Part shown: positions 1-18,356 of the stretch, piece by piece
Layout: each line of letters begins with the position of its first letter
How positions within the stretch are numbered: the stretch's first letter is position 1
Source: Bugula neritina
Taxonomy: Eukaryota; Animalia; Bryozoa
DNA: 64,000 nucleotides
Direction: 5' to 3'
Assembly (NCBI GenBank): GCA_964035545.1
Contig: OZ037772.1
Coordinates: forward strand, 7,920,889-7,984,888
The notes under the pieces: model-generated
Seen by the model: the letters and a program-made list of their open reading frames with translations, nothing else
What the model was told of the DNA's origin: nothing
Databases searched by the model: none
Translations under genes and position numbers: made by a program

Positions 1-1985
1 AAATTAACCAGACTCACATCTGAAAACATCGGCAAGATAAAGTTTTCTTGACAAGTGGCTGTTGAGAATTGATCTTTAATCAAAAATGTAATTTTATGTT
101 TCAAGTTATAAATCATTTACTGAAGGGTTATCATATTTATGCTTATAAGCATTACACTTGGTCAATGTTTTCTAATTATTAAAGTGAACATCAGTTAAAG
201 CTATGAAGGACAAAAAGCAAGTGTCAACCACTATTGCGTCACAAAACAATTATTTTTACAAGAACATGTGCAATTTTGTTTACCTCCCAACGTCAATTTA
301 TAGATGGAAGTTTTTCCAGTAATAAAGAACCCAGAAGGAGACTTTGCCATGTGCATTGGTAACATCACCTTACACTTACTAATAGAATTTTCATAGTCAA
401 TGCCAGTTACTTCTGGAGAAGTACAGACAGAAGATACTTTGTTTTGGTTCAAATCAACCAATCGTATTGCGCTGTTTCCATAATCCGCCACCAAGATTAT
501 ATTATCTGTTATAAAAGTAATGTGCTTTGGGTTATCCACTTTAGAGATGTTGAGGAAGCCATCAGAGTATCCTGCACGATCAATGGAGAGAAGATATTTA
601 AACTTACTCCACTCCCCAAGCCGAAGAATCAAGACGTTGGTCTTGGTAGCCAGATAAAGTATTTTTAATGACAAGTTTATGACAAAACTGTGCACAGTCT
701 TTCTAAAAGAGGAGAGCGTAATGACATACCAAGTATAATCTCTAAAACAAAGACATTTGATTTTGCCAGCATTGTTATCGTATAAGTAGATCTCATTGGG
801 TTGGTTTGAGCGCCTCACCAGCTCTATAGGTTTCCCCAGCTTGGCGACATCAAACTTGCCGCCATTATCACCGTTATTTTTGCACCTCCCAGTTACGTAG
901 CTTGTTTTGTTGTTTTTGCGATCCAAGTCTCGTATGCAATGATTAGAATTGTCAGCAATCCATAAACGCCCATCTTCTCGGGGTGACGGAATAATTCCAG
1001 AAATAACACCGAATCTAGCTACAGAACCAGTTCCTTCCTTGTAACCATTAGATATCGAACTACCAGCTAACAGTTGGAAACTTTTAAATTCTTTGGTCGT
1101 ATATAAAGCAAATCCTGCAGCAAGTAGGTAATGACCTTCAACGTATGGGTCTTGTGTCATGTAGTTAAAATTGATATTGGCTTCAGCTTGTAAATCAGTT
1201 CTTGTGTATACTTGCTCTATACTCTCAAACTTTACACTGAAAATCGATTAGTCAAAACAAAATATTAATTTGAATTTTAAAAAAAAACTCGTCAAGCAAA
1301 TTTAACTACAATGCTTCAGTATAGTGTTCAAATATACCTGCAATATTGATACAGCATCACAGCATAAAACTCTATAAACAACAGAAGTTCTTAATGCATT
1401 AGAAATTAAACAATAAAAACTATTGCTTCAGTCAAATCAGCATTTAACAAACTAATGAGTATATGTACTATTGGATTGAAAAAAAGCTCATCCCTGCAAG
1501 AATTCTCTGATTTATAGCGCTTTTGTTAAATCCTGCTAAGACGTTGTGTTTACTAAGCCTTATGCTCTAACCCCTTATAGGCAATTTTTAGACTTACCAA
1601 CATTAATATTTACTGATATTATAAAATCTTCATGTGCCCCAACTCGTGGTAAGTTTTTATGACAAAAATTGTTCAGTTTTTCATTAATTCTCACAAGTAT
1701 TGATTTTGCCAATTAAATATTTTTTCATTGTGTCACACTTATTCTATTAAAGATGTTAATAATTAATTCATACCTTCCTATAGTGTTTGTGTAGCGGAAT
1801 TTTCCTTTTACTGGTAGTAGATTCTCTACTAACTGCAATCAACAAGAATTATTATATGAGAAAATCATAAAAGTTAGGAATCAATTGCCATTACTAGGAT
1901 AAAATGACACAAATTATTAAAGATAAAAAATTGTTATTATTCCAATGTTACTTACATATAATAAAAACACTAACTTTTTAATCAT
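1..1985 (-). CDS. Gene A: NHL-repeat-type beta-propeller surface protein (3' end runs off the window)
   Basis: Exons 1985-1956 (MIKKLVFLLY), 1832-1774 (59 nt), 1236-284 (propeller: GYKEG..ARFG, LWIADNSNHCIR, DG..VDNP, LVADYGNSAIRLVDL). A probable exon 4 starts at 19 (ttttcag|AT, DVSLVN...). All GT/AG, phases 0/2/1. Confidence 0.85.
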
Positions 1986-3815
1986 CACGCTTAGAATTTG
2001 CACTTGAACGGGCAGCATAAAATAGCAATCTGGTATGGATTCAGATTGAGGTTTTCTAAAACTAAAATTGAGATGAAGAAAATTTTATTATTTTGCACAG
2101 ATGCTAGTAAAAAATACTAAAAAGACATATTTAGAATTTTTTAAAAGTGATGAAATGCCTGCAAATTTATTTAAAACATTTTAAATAAATATTTAGCTCA
2201 ACACCAAAAAAGCAAAATTAGGCAGAAATAAAAATAGAATCAATTAAATTAGATTTTATATTACCATTATATGTATTTTATGAATACCTAAAAAATATCT
2301 TTGCTGATATTCTGCTATAACTAGATGGTGTTTATGATGCGGTGTCACAAAACTCTGGTAGCAGTGTGACGAGTTCAAAAAGTCTGGTAGTCAGAAGTGT
2401 AAAGACAAGTAGCAGACAACTTGCTAGTCTAGTTGAGAGTAAATAGAGTTGTGAATATAAGTAGAATACTTTTTCAGCAAGATATGCACAGATCAACTTA
2501 TGAAAAAGACCTGACTTTTACAAGTAAAGCATCTGCTTTTATACTAAATTCATAAGTCTAAAAAATGCTACCACATTCCACACCGTGCGCATGTCTCGTG
2601 TAGAAAAGGCAATATTCATTAGCCAATAAATAGTGACTAAGAATGTAAACAATTATTGCGCAATAATACTTGCATAGGCTTGTGTGCCACACTAATTATA
2701 AGTGTAAGCTAAATAACAAAAGAGAGTGATATGTACTATAATAATTTATAAAGTAGAATTTGTGGCATGCAGCAGAAGTTGAATTATTTGTCTAAATATT
2801 TTTTTTATGTAAAACATCCTAAATACTCATAGAAAATTTGGCATCTTTAAAAAAACTAATTATCTCAAAAATGTTCATAAAGCCACACCTTCCTGCTATG
2901 TAATTTTATGAGGTAAATCATTTTTTTAGTTTCTGAGATCAATCATGGAAATGAAAAGATTTAAAATCATCTGCATGTTTTTATAATTTCTAGAGACACA
3001 ATTTGAAGCATGGTTTTACGAGACACAACTTGGCTTTATCAAAGAACTACAGTTAATTTAATTAGAATCCAGGTAATTCTTTTTAATTATAATAATATTA
3101 TGATTGGTAAGGAAAAAACCATTTCAGGGCAGGAATTTATTGGTGCAAATATTAACCTGAAAATTAGTAGCTACATCAAATTTAAAAAATACTTTTTGTA
3201 TTTTAGTGTTTTTATAGCAATATGCTACTTTTGATTAACTTGAAACAATAGGGCTCAAAAATAGTTTTAGCATCATGCAACTAGTAATTTATTTTATACA
3301 AAAGCAGCTGTAAAATGTTATGTATAAAAGTATTGAATATCAAAGTGGGAGGTGCTCCGGCAATCTTTTTCACCTTGACCTTCAGATCCGACTTTAGCCT
3401 GCATATGACTGACTTTCTGATATTGACCCTGAAACTAAAAACACATGGCACTTATATTCAATTACAGTAGTATAAAAAGTGAAGTAAATTAGCAATCTCT
3501 TTCTGGTATAAAACTTACACTGCTGAGAAATTAAAAAAAGCAGGATTCCTGGTATTTTGTTTGAAACTGAGATTACCTTATAAAATCCAATAATTTTTAT
3601 GGTTAATAATAAATTTGTTTTCTTTTAAATGTGAGGTTTAGTTTCTTACATTCAGTGTTTGCTTTATAACTTGATGAATCATAGGGTTTTGGTGTCTTTG
3701 ATGTCTTCTTATTACGTTTTATCTTTTGGTCATATCTTCCAAGATTAGCTGCAAGACAAAAAGTTTACTTTTTAAAAATAAATACATAATATATGATATA
3801 ATATATATATTTTTT

Positions 3816-4162
3816 GTGTGCATGTGTGTGTGTGTGCGTGTGCCATGCATGCTTGCGTGTGTGTGTTTCGTGCGCGCGTTTGCGCGTGTGCGCGTGTGCA
3901 GGTGTGTGCAAGTGTGTGCGTGTGCGCGTATGCGCATGTGGGTGTGCGTGTGTGTGTGCGTGTGCCATGCATGCTTGCGTGTGTGTGTGTTTCGTGCGCG
4001 CGTTTGCGCGTGTGCAGGTGTGTGCAAGTGTGTGCGTGTGCGCGTATGCGCATGTGGGTGTGCGTGTGCGTGTGCGAGTGCGTGTGCGTGTGGGTGTGCG
4101 TGTGCGTGTGCGTGTGCGTGTGCGTGTGTGTGTGCGTGTGCGTGTGCGTGTGTGTGTGTGTG
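3816..4162. repeat. Compound (TG)/(CG) microsatellite with internal higher-order repeats
   Basis: GTGTGC/GTGCGT runs. The duplicated position (about 8785-8844) has only a short version. Confidence 0.95.
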
Positions 4163-4179
4163 TTAGTAATCTAGAAGGT

Positions 4180-6973
4180 TTAAACTGAAAACAGACCAGT
4201 TCCAGATCTCCAGAAATTAGACCTTCCATCTATAAATAGACCATTGGATTGAAAACTCTGAAATCTTCGTCTCCGTTTCTTTTTCTTTTTATGTTTTTTA
4301 GAACCTTTCTGTGACGCTGCAACACCAAGGCAGAAAGTATTGTATTCTTGAATAACCAAATTCTACTCCTTGAAATTTAAAGTTAATCAGCAAATTTTCT
4401 CACTCTTTTTAAGTCTCGTCAGTAAGACTGCAACTGGAATCGCCAGTAGAGCTAATAATATTCCTCCGCCAACATATAAGAGTGTTTTAGTGTGCTTGAT
4501 AAACCACTTGGCTACTGAACTGCCTCCAAGTTTTGTCTCACCCTGCTCTTCAACTGTGGAATTGCCATTCACCGTAGGTTGTGAATCTACAAAACCTTTT
4601 GCTTATAGCAATCTGTTTACTGCAGTTCAGCAGCCAGACAAACATTAGCTATGATTATAAAGTTTCTTGTTTACATAATATGTTTTTAGATTGATGCAAT
4701 TCTATTGAGATCAATTTTTTAAGCAGCTATTCATACTTTAAAAAAAAGTCTTGAGTCCTAGAGCACATCTTTTGCTGCGCTAAAGTGACAAATGTCCAAT
4801 CACGTAATTCTCTATTACATTTTATATAAAGAACTATTTTTTTCAAATATAAGTCATGTCTATGCTTTTGCTTTTCTGAACTATGACGTTTAAAATATAT
4901 AGCATCAATCACCTTAATTATATGACATTTTAAGTTATAAATCATTTACTGAAGGGTTATCATATTTATGCTTATAAGCATTTCACTTGGTCAATGTATT
5001 CTAATTAATTTATTGAACATCAGTTAAAGCTATGAAGTACAAAAAAGCAACCAATATTGTGTCACAAGAAAATAATTTTTGCAAGAACATGTGCAATTTT
5101 GTTTACCTCTCAACGTCAATTTATAGATAGAAGTTGTTCCAGTAATAAAGAACCCAGAAGGAGACCTTGCCATGTGCATTGGTAACATCACCTTACACTT
5201 ACTAATGGAATTTTCATAGTCAATGCCAGTTACTTCTGGAGAAGTACAGACAGAAGATACTTTTTTTTGGTTCAAATCAACCAATCGTATTGCGCTGTTC
5301 CCATAATCCGCCACCAAGATTATATTATCTGTTATAAAAGTAATGTGCTTTGGGTTATCTACTTTAGAGATGTTGAAGAAGCCATCAGAGTATCCTGTAC
5401 AATCAATGGAGAGAAGATATTTAAATTTACTCCACTCCCCAAGCCGAAGAATCAAGACGTTGGTATTGGTAGCCAGATAAAGTATTTTTAATGACAAGTT
5501 TATGACAAAACTGTGCACATTCTTTGTAAAAGAGGAGAGCGTAATGACATACCAAGAATGATCTCTAAAACAAAGACATTTGATTTTGCCAGCATTGTTA
5601 TCGTATAAATAGATCTCATTGGGTTGGTTTGAGCGGCTCACCAGCTCAATAGGTTTTCCCAGCTTCGCGACATCAAACTTGCCGCCAATATCATCGCTAT
5701 TTTCGCACTCCCCAGTCACGTAGCTTGTTTTGTTGTTTTTGCGATCCAAGTCTCGTATGCAATGATTAGAGTTATCCGCAATCCATAAATGCCCATACTC
5801 TCGGGGTGACGGAATGATTCCAGAAATAACACCGAATCTAGCTACAGAACCAGTTCCTTCTTTGTAACCATTAGATATTGAACTACCAGCTAACAGTTGG
5901 AAACGTTTAAATTCTTTGGTCGTATATAAAGCAAATCCTGCAGTAAGTAGATAATGACCTTCGACATCTGGATCTTGGGTCATGTAGTTAAAATTGATAT
6001 TGGCTTCGACTTCTTGCTTCGTTCTTGTGTATACTTGCTCTATACTCTCAAACTTTATACTGAAACCCAATTAGTCAAAACAAAATAGTAAGTTAAATTT
6101 TGAAAAAAAAACTCAACAAGCAAATTTAACCACAATGCTTCAGTATAGTGTTCAAATATACCAGCGATATTGATAGAGCATCACAGCATAAAACTCTAAC
6201 AACAGAAGTTCTTAATGCATTAGAAATTAAACCATAAAAGGTATTGTTTCATTCAAATCAGCTTTCAATAAAATAATGAGTAAACATAATATTAGATTTA
6301 AAATAAACTAATGTAAATTTATAGTAACTATTTCTGTGATCATTCCTTGACAGAAAAGGGTTTCTGTTAAATCGAGCGGGGTAATTTTTCAAATGGGGCA
6401 CAGGAGTAATTATGACTGAATGCTGTTTTTAGCATTACCAATTGCTTGCAGAAGGTTTGAGCCCATGACATTTTGTTTGCTAACCCTTACACTCTAACCC
6501 CTTATAGGCCACGGCAGCTCATCTTTAAAATAAAAGGCAGTGCCGAATAGTTGTGGAATAACAATTAACCTATTGTAATTTCACTAAAACTAATATTTTC
6601 TGATATTAAAAAATCTTTATGTGCTCCAACTTGTTGTGAGTTATAGTGACAAATGTGGCTCAGGTTTCTACTGATCCTAACAGGTCATGATCTTGCCAAC
6701 TAAGTGTTTTTTCATTGTGTCATACTTATTCTATTAAAGATGTTAATAATTAATCCATACCTTCCTATGGTGTTTGAATAGTGGAATTTTCCTATTACTG
6801 GTAGTAGAATCTCTACTAACTGCAACCAACAAAAATTATTTTATGAGAAAATTGTAGAAGTTAGGAATCGATTGCCATTACTAAGATAAAATGACACAAA
6901 TTATTAAAGATAAAAAAATTGTTATTATTCCAATGTTACTTACATATAATAAAAACACTAACATTTTAGTCAT
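4180..6973 (-). CDS. Gene B: type I membrane NHL-propeller receptor, ~453 aa (A/C chimera)
   Basis: Exons 6973-6944, 6819-6761, 6059-5107, 4586-4404 (stalk + TM LLYVGGGILLALLAIPVAVLL), 4316-4180 (KKHKKKKKRRRR...GLFSV*). Total 1362 nt, in frame. Confidence 0.88.
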
Positions 6974-8860
6974 CACACTTAGAATTTGCACTTGACTTGG
7001 GCAGCATAAAATAACAATTTGGTATGGATTCAGATAGACGTTTTCTAAAACTCAAATCGAGATGAAAACAATTTTATTATTTTGCATAGATGCTAGTAAA
7101 AAATACTAAAAAGACATATTTAGAATTTTTTAAAAGTGATGAAATGCCAAAGAATTTATTTAAAACATTTTTAATAAATATTGAGCTCAACACCAACAAA
7201 GTAAAATTTGGCAAAAATAAAGATAGAATCAATTAAATATTATATTACCATTATATTTATTTTATGAATACCTAAAAAAAATCTTTACTGATATCCTGCT
7301 CTAATTGAATGGTGATTATGATGCAGTGTCACAAAACTATAGTAGCAGTGTGACGAGTTCGAAAAGTCTGGTAGTCAGAAGTGTATAGACAAGTAGCATA
7401 CAGCTTACTAATCCAGTTGAGAGTAAATAGAGTTGTGAATATATGTAAACTTTATTTCTCTAGCAAGATATGCACCGATCAACTTATAAAAATGAATTGA
7501 CTTTCTAAAGCAAAGCATCGGCTTTCATTCTAAATTGATATGTCTAGAAAATACAACCACATTCCACACTGTGCATGACTCAAGTAGAATAGGCACTATT
7601 CATTAGCCAATAAAGAGTGACTAAAAATGTAAACAATTATTGCCCAATAATACTTGCATAGGGTTGTGTGCCATGCTAATTATAAGCCAAATAACAAAAG
7701 AGAGATATATATACAATAACACTTTATATAGTAGAATTTGTGGCATGCAGCAAAAGTTGATTTATTTGCCTAAATACTTTTTTATGTAAAACATCCTAAA
7801 TACTCATAGGAAACTTGGCTTTCAAAAAACTATATCTAAAAGATTTTCATAAAACCAAATCTTCCTGCTATGTAATTTTATGAGGCATATCACTTTTTAA
7901 CTTTTGAGATCAATCATGGAAATGAAAAGATTTAAATTCATCTGCATATTTTTTTAATTTTTAGAGACACAACTTGGCTTTATTAAAGAACTACAGTTAA
8001 TTTATTTAGAATCCAGGTAATGTTTTTTAATTATAATGATATTATGATTGGTAAGGAAAAAACTATTTCAGAGCAGAAATTTATTGGTGCAAATATTAAC
8101 CTGAAAATTAGTAGCTACATCAAATTTAAAAAATACCTTTTATATTTTGGTGTTTTACATCAATATGCTACTTTTGATTAAACTAAATCAATGGGTCTCA
8201 AAAAAGTTTTAGCATCATGCAGCTAGTGATTTATTTTATACAAAAGCAACTGTAAAATTTTATGTATAAAAATAATGAATATCAAAGTGGGAGGTGCTAC
8301 GGCAATCTTTTTCACCTTGACCTTCATATCCGACCTTAGCCTGCATATGACTGACTTTCTGATATTGACCCTGAAACTAAAAACACATGGCACTTATATT
8401 CAATTACAGTAGTATAAAAATGGAAGTAAATTAGCAAAAGCATAATAGTTTTTAATTTCAGCATTCTCTTTCTGGTATAAAAATTACACTGCAGAGATAT
8501 TAAAAAAAAGCAGAATTCCTGGCATTTTGTTTGAAACTGAGATGGCTTTATAAAATTCAATAATTTTAATTTTTTGGTTAATAATAAATTTATTTTCTTT
8601 TAAATGTGAGGTTAGTTTCTTACATTCAGTGTTTGCTTTATAACTTGATGAATCATAGGGTTTTGATGTCCTTGATGTCTTTTTATTACGTTTTATCTTT
8701 TGGCCAAATCTTCCAAGATTAGCTGCAAGACAAAAAACTTACTTTTTAAAAATAAATACATAATATATGATATAATATATAGATTTGTGTGTATGCATGG
8801 GTGCGTGTGTGTGCGTGCATGAGTGTGTGCGTGTGTGTGTGTGTCGGTAATCTAGAAGGT

Positions 8861-11798
8861 TCAAACTAAAAACAGACCAGTTCCAGATTTCCAGAAATTA
8901 GACCTTCCATCTCCAAATAGACCATTGGATTGAAAACTCTGAAATCTTCGTCGCCGTTTCTTTTTCTTTTTCTGTTTTTTAGAACCTTTCTGTGTTGCTG
9001 CAACAACAAGGCAGAAAATATTATATCCTTGGATTACCAAATTTCAATCCTTAAAATTTAAAGTTAATCAGCAAAATTTCTCACTCTTTTCAAGTCTCGT
9101 AAGTAAGACTGCAACTGGAATCGCCAGTAGAGCTAATAATATTCCTCCGCCAACATATAAGAGTGTTTTAGTGTGCTTGATAAACCACTTGGCTACTGAA
9201 CTGCCTCCAAGTTTTGTCTCACCCTGCTCTTCAACTGTGGAATTGCCATTCACCGTAGTTTTTGGATCTACAAAACTGTTTGCTTATAGCAATCTGTTTA
9301 CTGCAGTTCAGCAGCCAGACAGACATTAGCTCTGATTATAAAGTTTCTTGTTTACATAAGTTTTTAGATTTATTCTAATGAATTGAGATTAAAATTTTTA
9401 CACAACCGCTTATACTTTAACACAAGTCTCAAGTAGTAGAGCGCATTTTTTTTGCTTCAAATTGCATGTGTTCAATTACATAATCCCCTATAATATTTTA
9501 CATGAAAAAAAAATTTTAAATAAAAATTATATCTATTTTCTTGCTTTTCTGAACTATGACATTTAAAATATGTAGTATCATAATTGTTCATTTTATACAG
9601 CTCCACAGTTGCTTTTCATGCCATGCTACGGCGCCAAACAAAATATTAATACCGAACTTGACAACTTGAGAATTTGTTTAATTTTTCAATTTTTAGATAT
9701 TAAGGGAGAAGCAGTGATAATCTAGGAGTTTGAGCATTAACTTAATTAACACATATAGTAAATTGTTCAATCATCATGAAATTTCATTGGTGATTTTAAT
9801 AAAGAGATCTAGTCATGTAAGTTCTCCTTTACCAAAATAGAGAACTACTTTAATGAGGCTTTACCGTCAAAGGTGCTCACATGGATGTCGGCTATAAAAA
9901 AACTATAGTTTGTTTATTAGATATTCAGCAAAATGCTGTTATTAATAGACACTTGCGTTTTACCTACCTCTGTACTTCATGACTGAGATGGCATCTTTAC
10001 CTATTATATAAATACTTGACATGTCATCTGAGAGCAATAGATCCACTGGCTGAAATAGCGCGCAATCCTTTATAGAGTTTCCAGTCTTGCCTAATTTTGC
10101 TACAGATGGAATGCATATAGAATAAACCTTTGAGTTTTTTAAATCAACTAATCTCAAAATTTCATTGTCTCTGTCAGCCACCAAAAACAGATCATTTGAA
10201 AGAAAGCGTATAGCCATCGGTGATGCAAACAACGCGTCGGCTAAGGATCCATCGTTATGCCCGCTGGTGCCTCTATTAGCAACAACTTTCGCTCCGTGTT
10301 TCCAGGGCTTTGCCGAGAACTTAGAAATGCCATTTGCATGTGTAAAGTATAAAAACTCTCCTTCTTGGTCAAAGGCTAAACCATTTACGCTCCCCGTATA
10401 TTTAACGATGCTAACTACTCGCCAAGCACCATCCTCTTTGCAGACACATTTCAGTGTGTTGCAGCCATTGTCAAAAAAGTATATTTCATATTCTGAATTT
10501 GGCCTGTATACTAAATCAAACGGGAAGCAGAGCTCGCTGGTCAGAAGATCTGAGTCCCAGTTACCTCGAGTAGTGCAAGTTCCTACCACACGTGACGTAG
10601 AATTTTGTACCCGGTTTACACTTCTCAAACAAGCATTACTGTGATCTGCCAGCCACACCTCTCTTGTTTGATGGAGTGGAGAAAGGATTCCCGTTATTGC
10701 TCCAAATTTTGCTTTATCCCCATGAGCCTCAGAATAACCCCCGTTTAGAATATTTCCAGCAATAAGATCAAAGCTTGTAAAATCCCTGGTAGTATACAAC
10801 GCAGACCCCAGAACTATTAAATAGTTCCCTTCAACGTAGCCATCTTTAGCAACTTTTCTAAACCACTTTTTTGACTCAATGTAATCTTTTCTACGTTCAT
10901 ATATTTCTGTTACTTCGTTAAAGTTGAAACTGAAAAAAAATTAACGAGTTTCAATCTAAAGCAAATAAACTTAAGTTTATCTGCCATAAAAATATGTCTA
11001 AAGAAAATTTAGATTTAAATATACTAAAAGACTTGAGACATTATTTTTAGATTAAATCACTTTTCAAAGCAAGAGAACAGCCTTTTCTGTGTAAACAAAA
11101 AGTTATAATCACGTTTGCAACCTTTAGCTTTGAATTAGTTACATATATTAGGATATATTTTATCTGCTGCTGTAATTATAGTGAATAGCTTTAATTATCA
11201 GGTATTTTAACTAAAAAAGTTTATTCAAGTCTACAAACAAAAAACTCTATTTTTCTTAGTTGGATTGTGCTCTACTCAACTTTGCATTTCATAGGTATAT
11301 CAACCCATCTACCAGAATGTAATTAGGTATATCTCACTTTATACATACACCTATAAGGTGTACTCACCCTGAAACATTGGTTGCATATATGACTTCGCTT
11401 TTGCCAAGAGAGAATGCTACACAGAGCTAAAACAAATGTATAAATTGAATCTATATTGAGAAAATTCACATTAAACTGCCAAGTGCTATCATGGCCTTTT
11501 CAAGATATCAAATTATATATATATCAAACAACCATTTTTAAAACATACTGTTCCGATTTGGGATTTGCTTTTAAATTTAAGTTTTTTTATGTTGTCACCT
11601 TGTTTTATTTAGCATGGGTAACCTTAGTTTTCTAAATGATCAAAGATGTGGTACTAAAATTAGTATTCATGTTAGGGGTCATTAGGCATAAAAACTGATA
11701 ATTAAGTATAACTACTTTTGTGTTACAAAAAAAACCAAGTGTCTAATTATCTGAAAAGTACATAAACTCACTTGAATCAGTTCAAATATTAATTCCAT
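8861..11798 (-). CDS. Gene C: type I membrane NHL-propeller receptor, ~455 aa
   Basis: Exons 11798-11772 (MELIFELIQ), 11426-11368 (59 nt), 10929-9968 (VWLADHSNACLR, HNDGSLADALFASP, LVADRDNEILRLVDL), 9267-9085 (TM), 8997-8861 (polybasic tail, GLFLV*). Total 1368 nt, in frame. Confidence 0.87.
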
Positions 11799-12581
11799 TA
11801 TTCTGTTTTTCTGTAAGCCAATTAGCAATACTTCTTTTTTATTAAAGTTACTAAACTAGAATGCTATATTGTTTTTAAATATTTGCCAACTGGGGCAGTA
11901 ATTTCAACTATTTTAAAGAAAGTCTTTATTCAATAATTACATTTGACTAAAAATCTATTCACCGATTGTTGCAAAACCTAGAAAATAATTTTAGACCCTT
12001 GAACTATTTGGGCTACTATATTCATTATGTTTTATTTACCGTCCAACTTCAGCAAACCAAGGCTGATTGCTAGATGCAGCAAGTTATATTAGTTACCTTG
12101 TTACATTTCTTTTACTTTGCTGGTTCTAGTCTTAGAGTTCTCTTTGTAGAGCGTGTAGAAGGGTTATTTGATACTTACTAATTATAATTTATTATTTTCT
12201 TTTTTATATATAATTTAGTTCAATATGCAACACGTACTACACTTTATTTTGCTATCTTATTTATAAATACCCACTATAATACTTTCTGAGTCTGCAACGG
12301 GCCAGCTCAACTGTTAAGCATGGACTGTTGACTTTAGAATTGACAACTAGTAGCACCTAATATCTATCTTAACTGGCCCTCTCTTTTCTTATTCATTAAG
12401 GCAAATGTAGCCCAGGCATGCCCGAACTTGTTCATGACAGCTACTGATAATACAAGTGATTTTATCTACTAGTATTAGACTTTCTTTAAATTTACAATGA
12501 AATGTAGAAATATTAAAGATAACGGCACTTTGTCACAATTTGGTGAAGTTAAATTTCCATCTTTAAGGCTTATGTAAGAAA

Positions 12582-17365
<4,784 letters not shown>

Positions 17366-18356
17366 TATTGATTTTATTATAACAAAGTCAAGTAATGGTA
17401 TAATTTCTAAAAAAGAAATAATTAGGAAAAGATAAATATTTCAAAATCAATCTGCACATTGAAAACATATTTTGCATTGCTTCTTACAAGTATATGTGCT
17501 TAAATTTTTTTTCATCTCAAACTCACTATAAATGATTTTATAGAAGTATAGCTGTTTCAAATCATTTTAATTAGAGGCAAAGAAAGGTTTGTTTAATCTT
17601 CAATAAACAAACGTGCTTAACAAGATTTTTTTAAATAATGATTTATTTACTGCTTCTTACCAATATTCATTGATGTTAATTTTTGTGCTTTAACTTTTTG
17701 GTAATCTTTTAAAACCATTATTGCTTCAGCAGACTCAACACCTTCCGACAGCTGTATTTCAAAGTATGCAGTTGAAATTGTGAATAAAATTTGATTTGAT
17801 TAAACTTTGTATTTGGATCTGTAAAAGTTGCAGTTGCCAGTATTTTTATTAAGCTTCACACCAAAACTGTGGCTTAGACATGTTTCTGCTATAAATAGAT
17901 TGATATAAGCTTGTTTAGAATAGACACTTTTTTATCTTTTATTATTTCAATTGAAGATTTAATTTACTTTTATACATTTTTATCTAGTAGGCTATAGTAT
18001 TACTTATATCATTACAGTATGATAAATATCCAATAAATATAGAATTTCTGCTTCTGCCAATTAAGTTACTGAAAAGAATTTACAGAGCAGTTACACAAAT
18101 AGTTTTTTAATTTAAAAGAAAGCAAAAGTTCATGATATTTGTTATATTTAAAGTTTATGCAATTGTCTTTCTCGTGCATTTCCTTAATTAAAAGCTGTCA
18201 AAATAGCTAACAACAAGTGTTTTATACAGCTTTATTGGCTGCACTTTCATCAAACAGCACTTGACAAATCTTGTGAAGCAAAAGGCAAAAAAAATTAAAC
18301 ACAATTACACATCCTGATTACATTTTGCTAGTAGTAGATTTTACAAATCAAGTATT

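Larger units (their letters stand above)
101..9580. repeat. Recent tandem segmental duplication, ~4.8 kb x2 (about 101-4907 and 4931-9580)
   Basis: Collinear high similarity across exons, introns and intergenic DNA, e.g. AAGTTATAAATCATTTACTGAAGGG at ~103 and ~4932, and TTGCTTTTCTGAACTATGAC at ~4868 and 9541. Confidence 0.95.

Noticed and set aside
3719-4229. Six overlapping ORFs (HTHT/CVCV/RVRV)
   Set aside because: They are translations of a TG/CG microsatellite. The duplicate locus lacks the expansion.
10165-10644. Antisense ORFs over coding exons (also 22729, 35721, 49950, 61660, 62257)
   Set aside because: Shadow frames with no independent coding or splice evidence.
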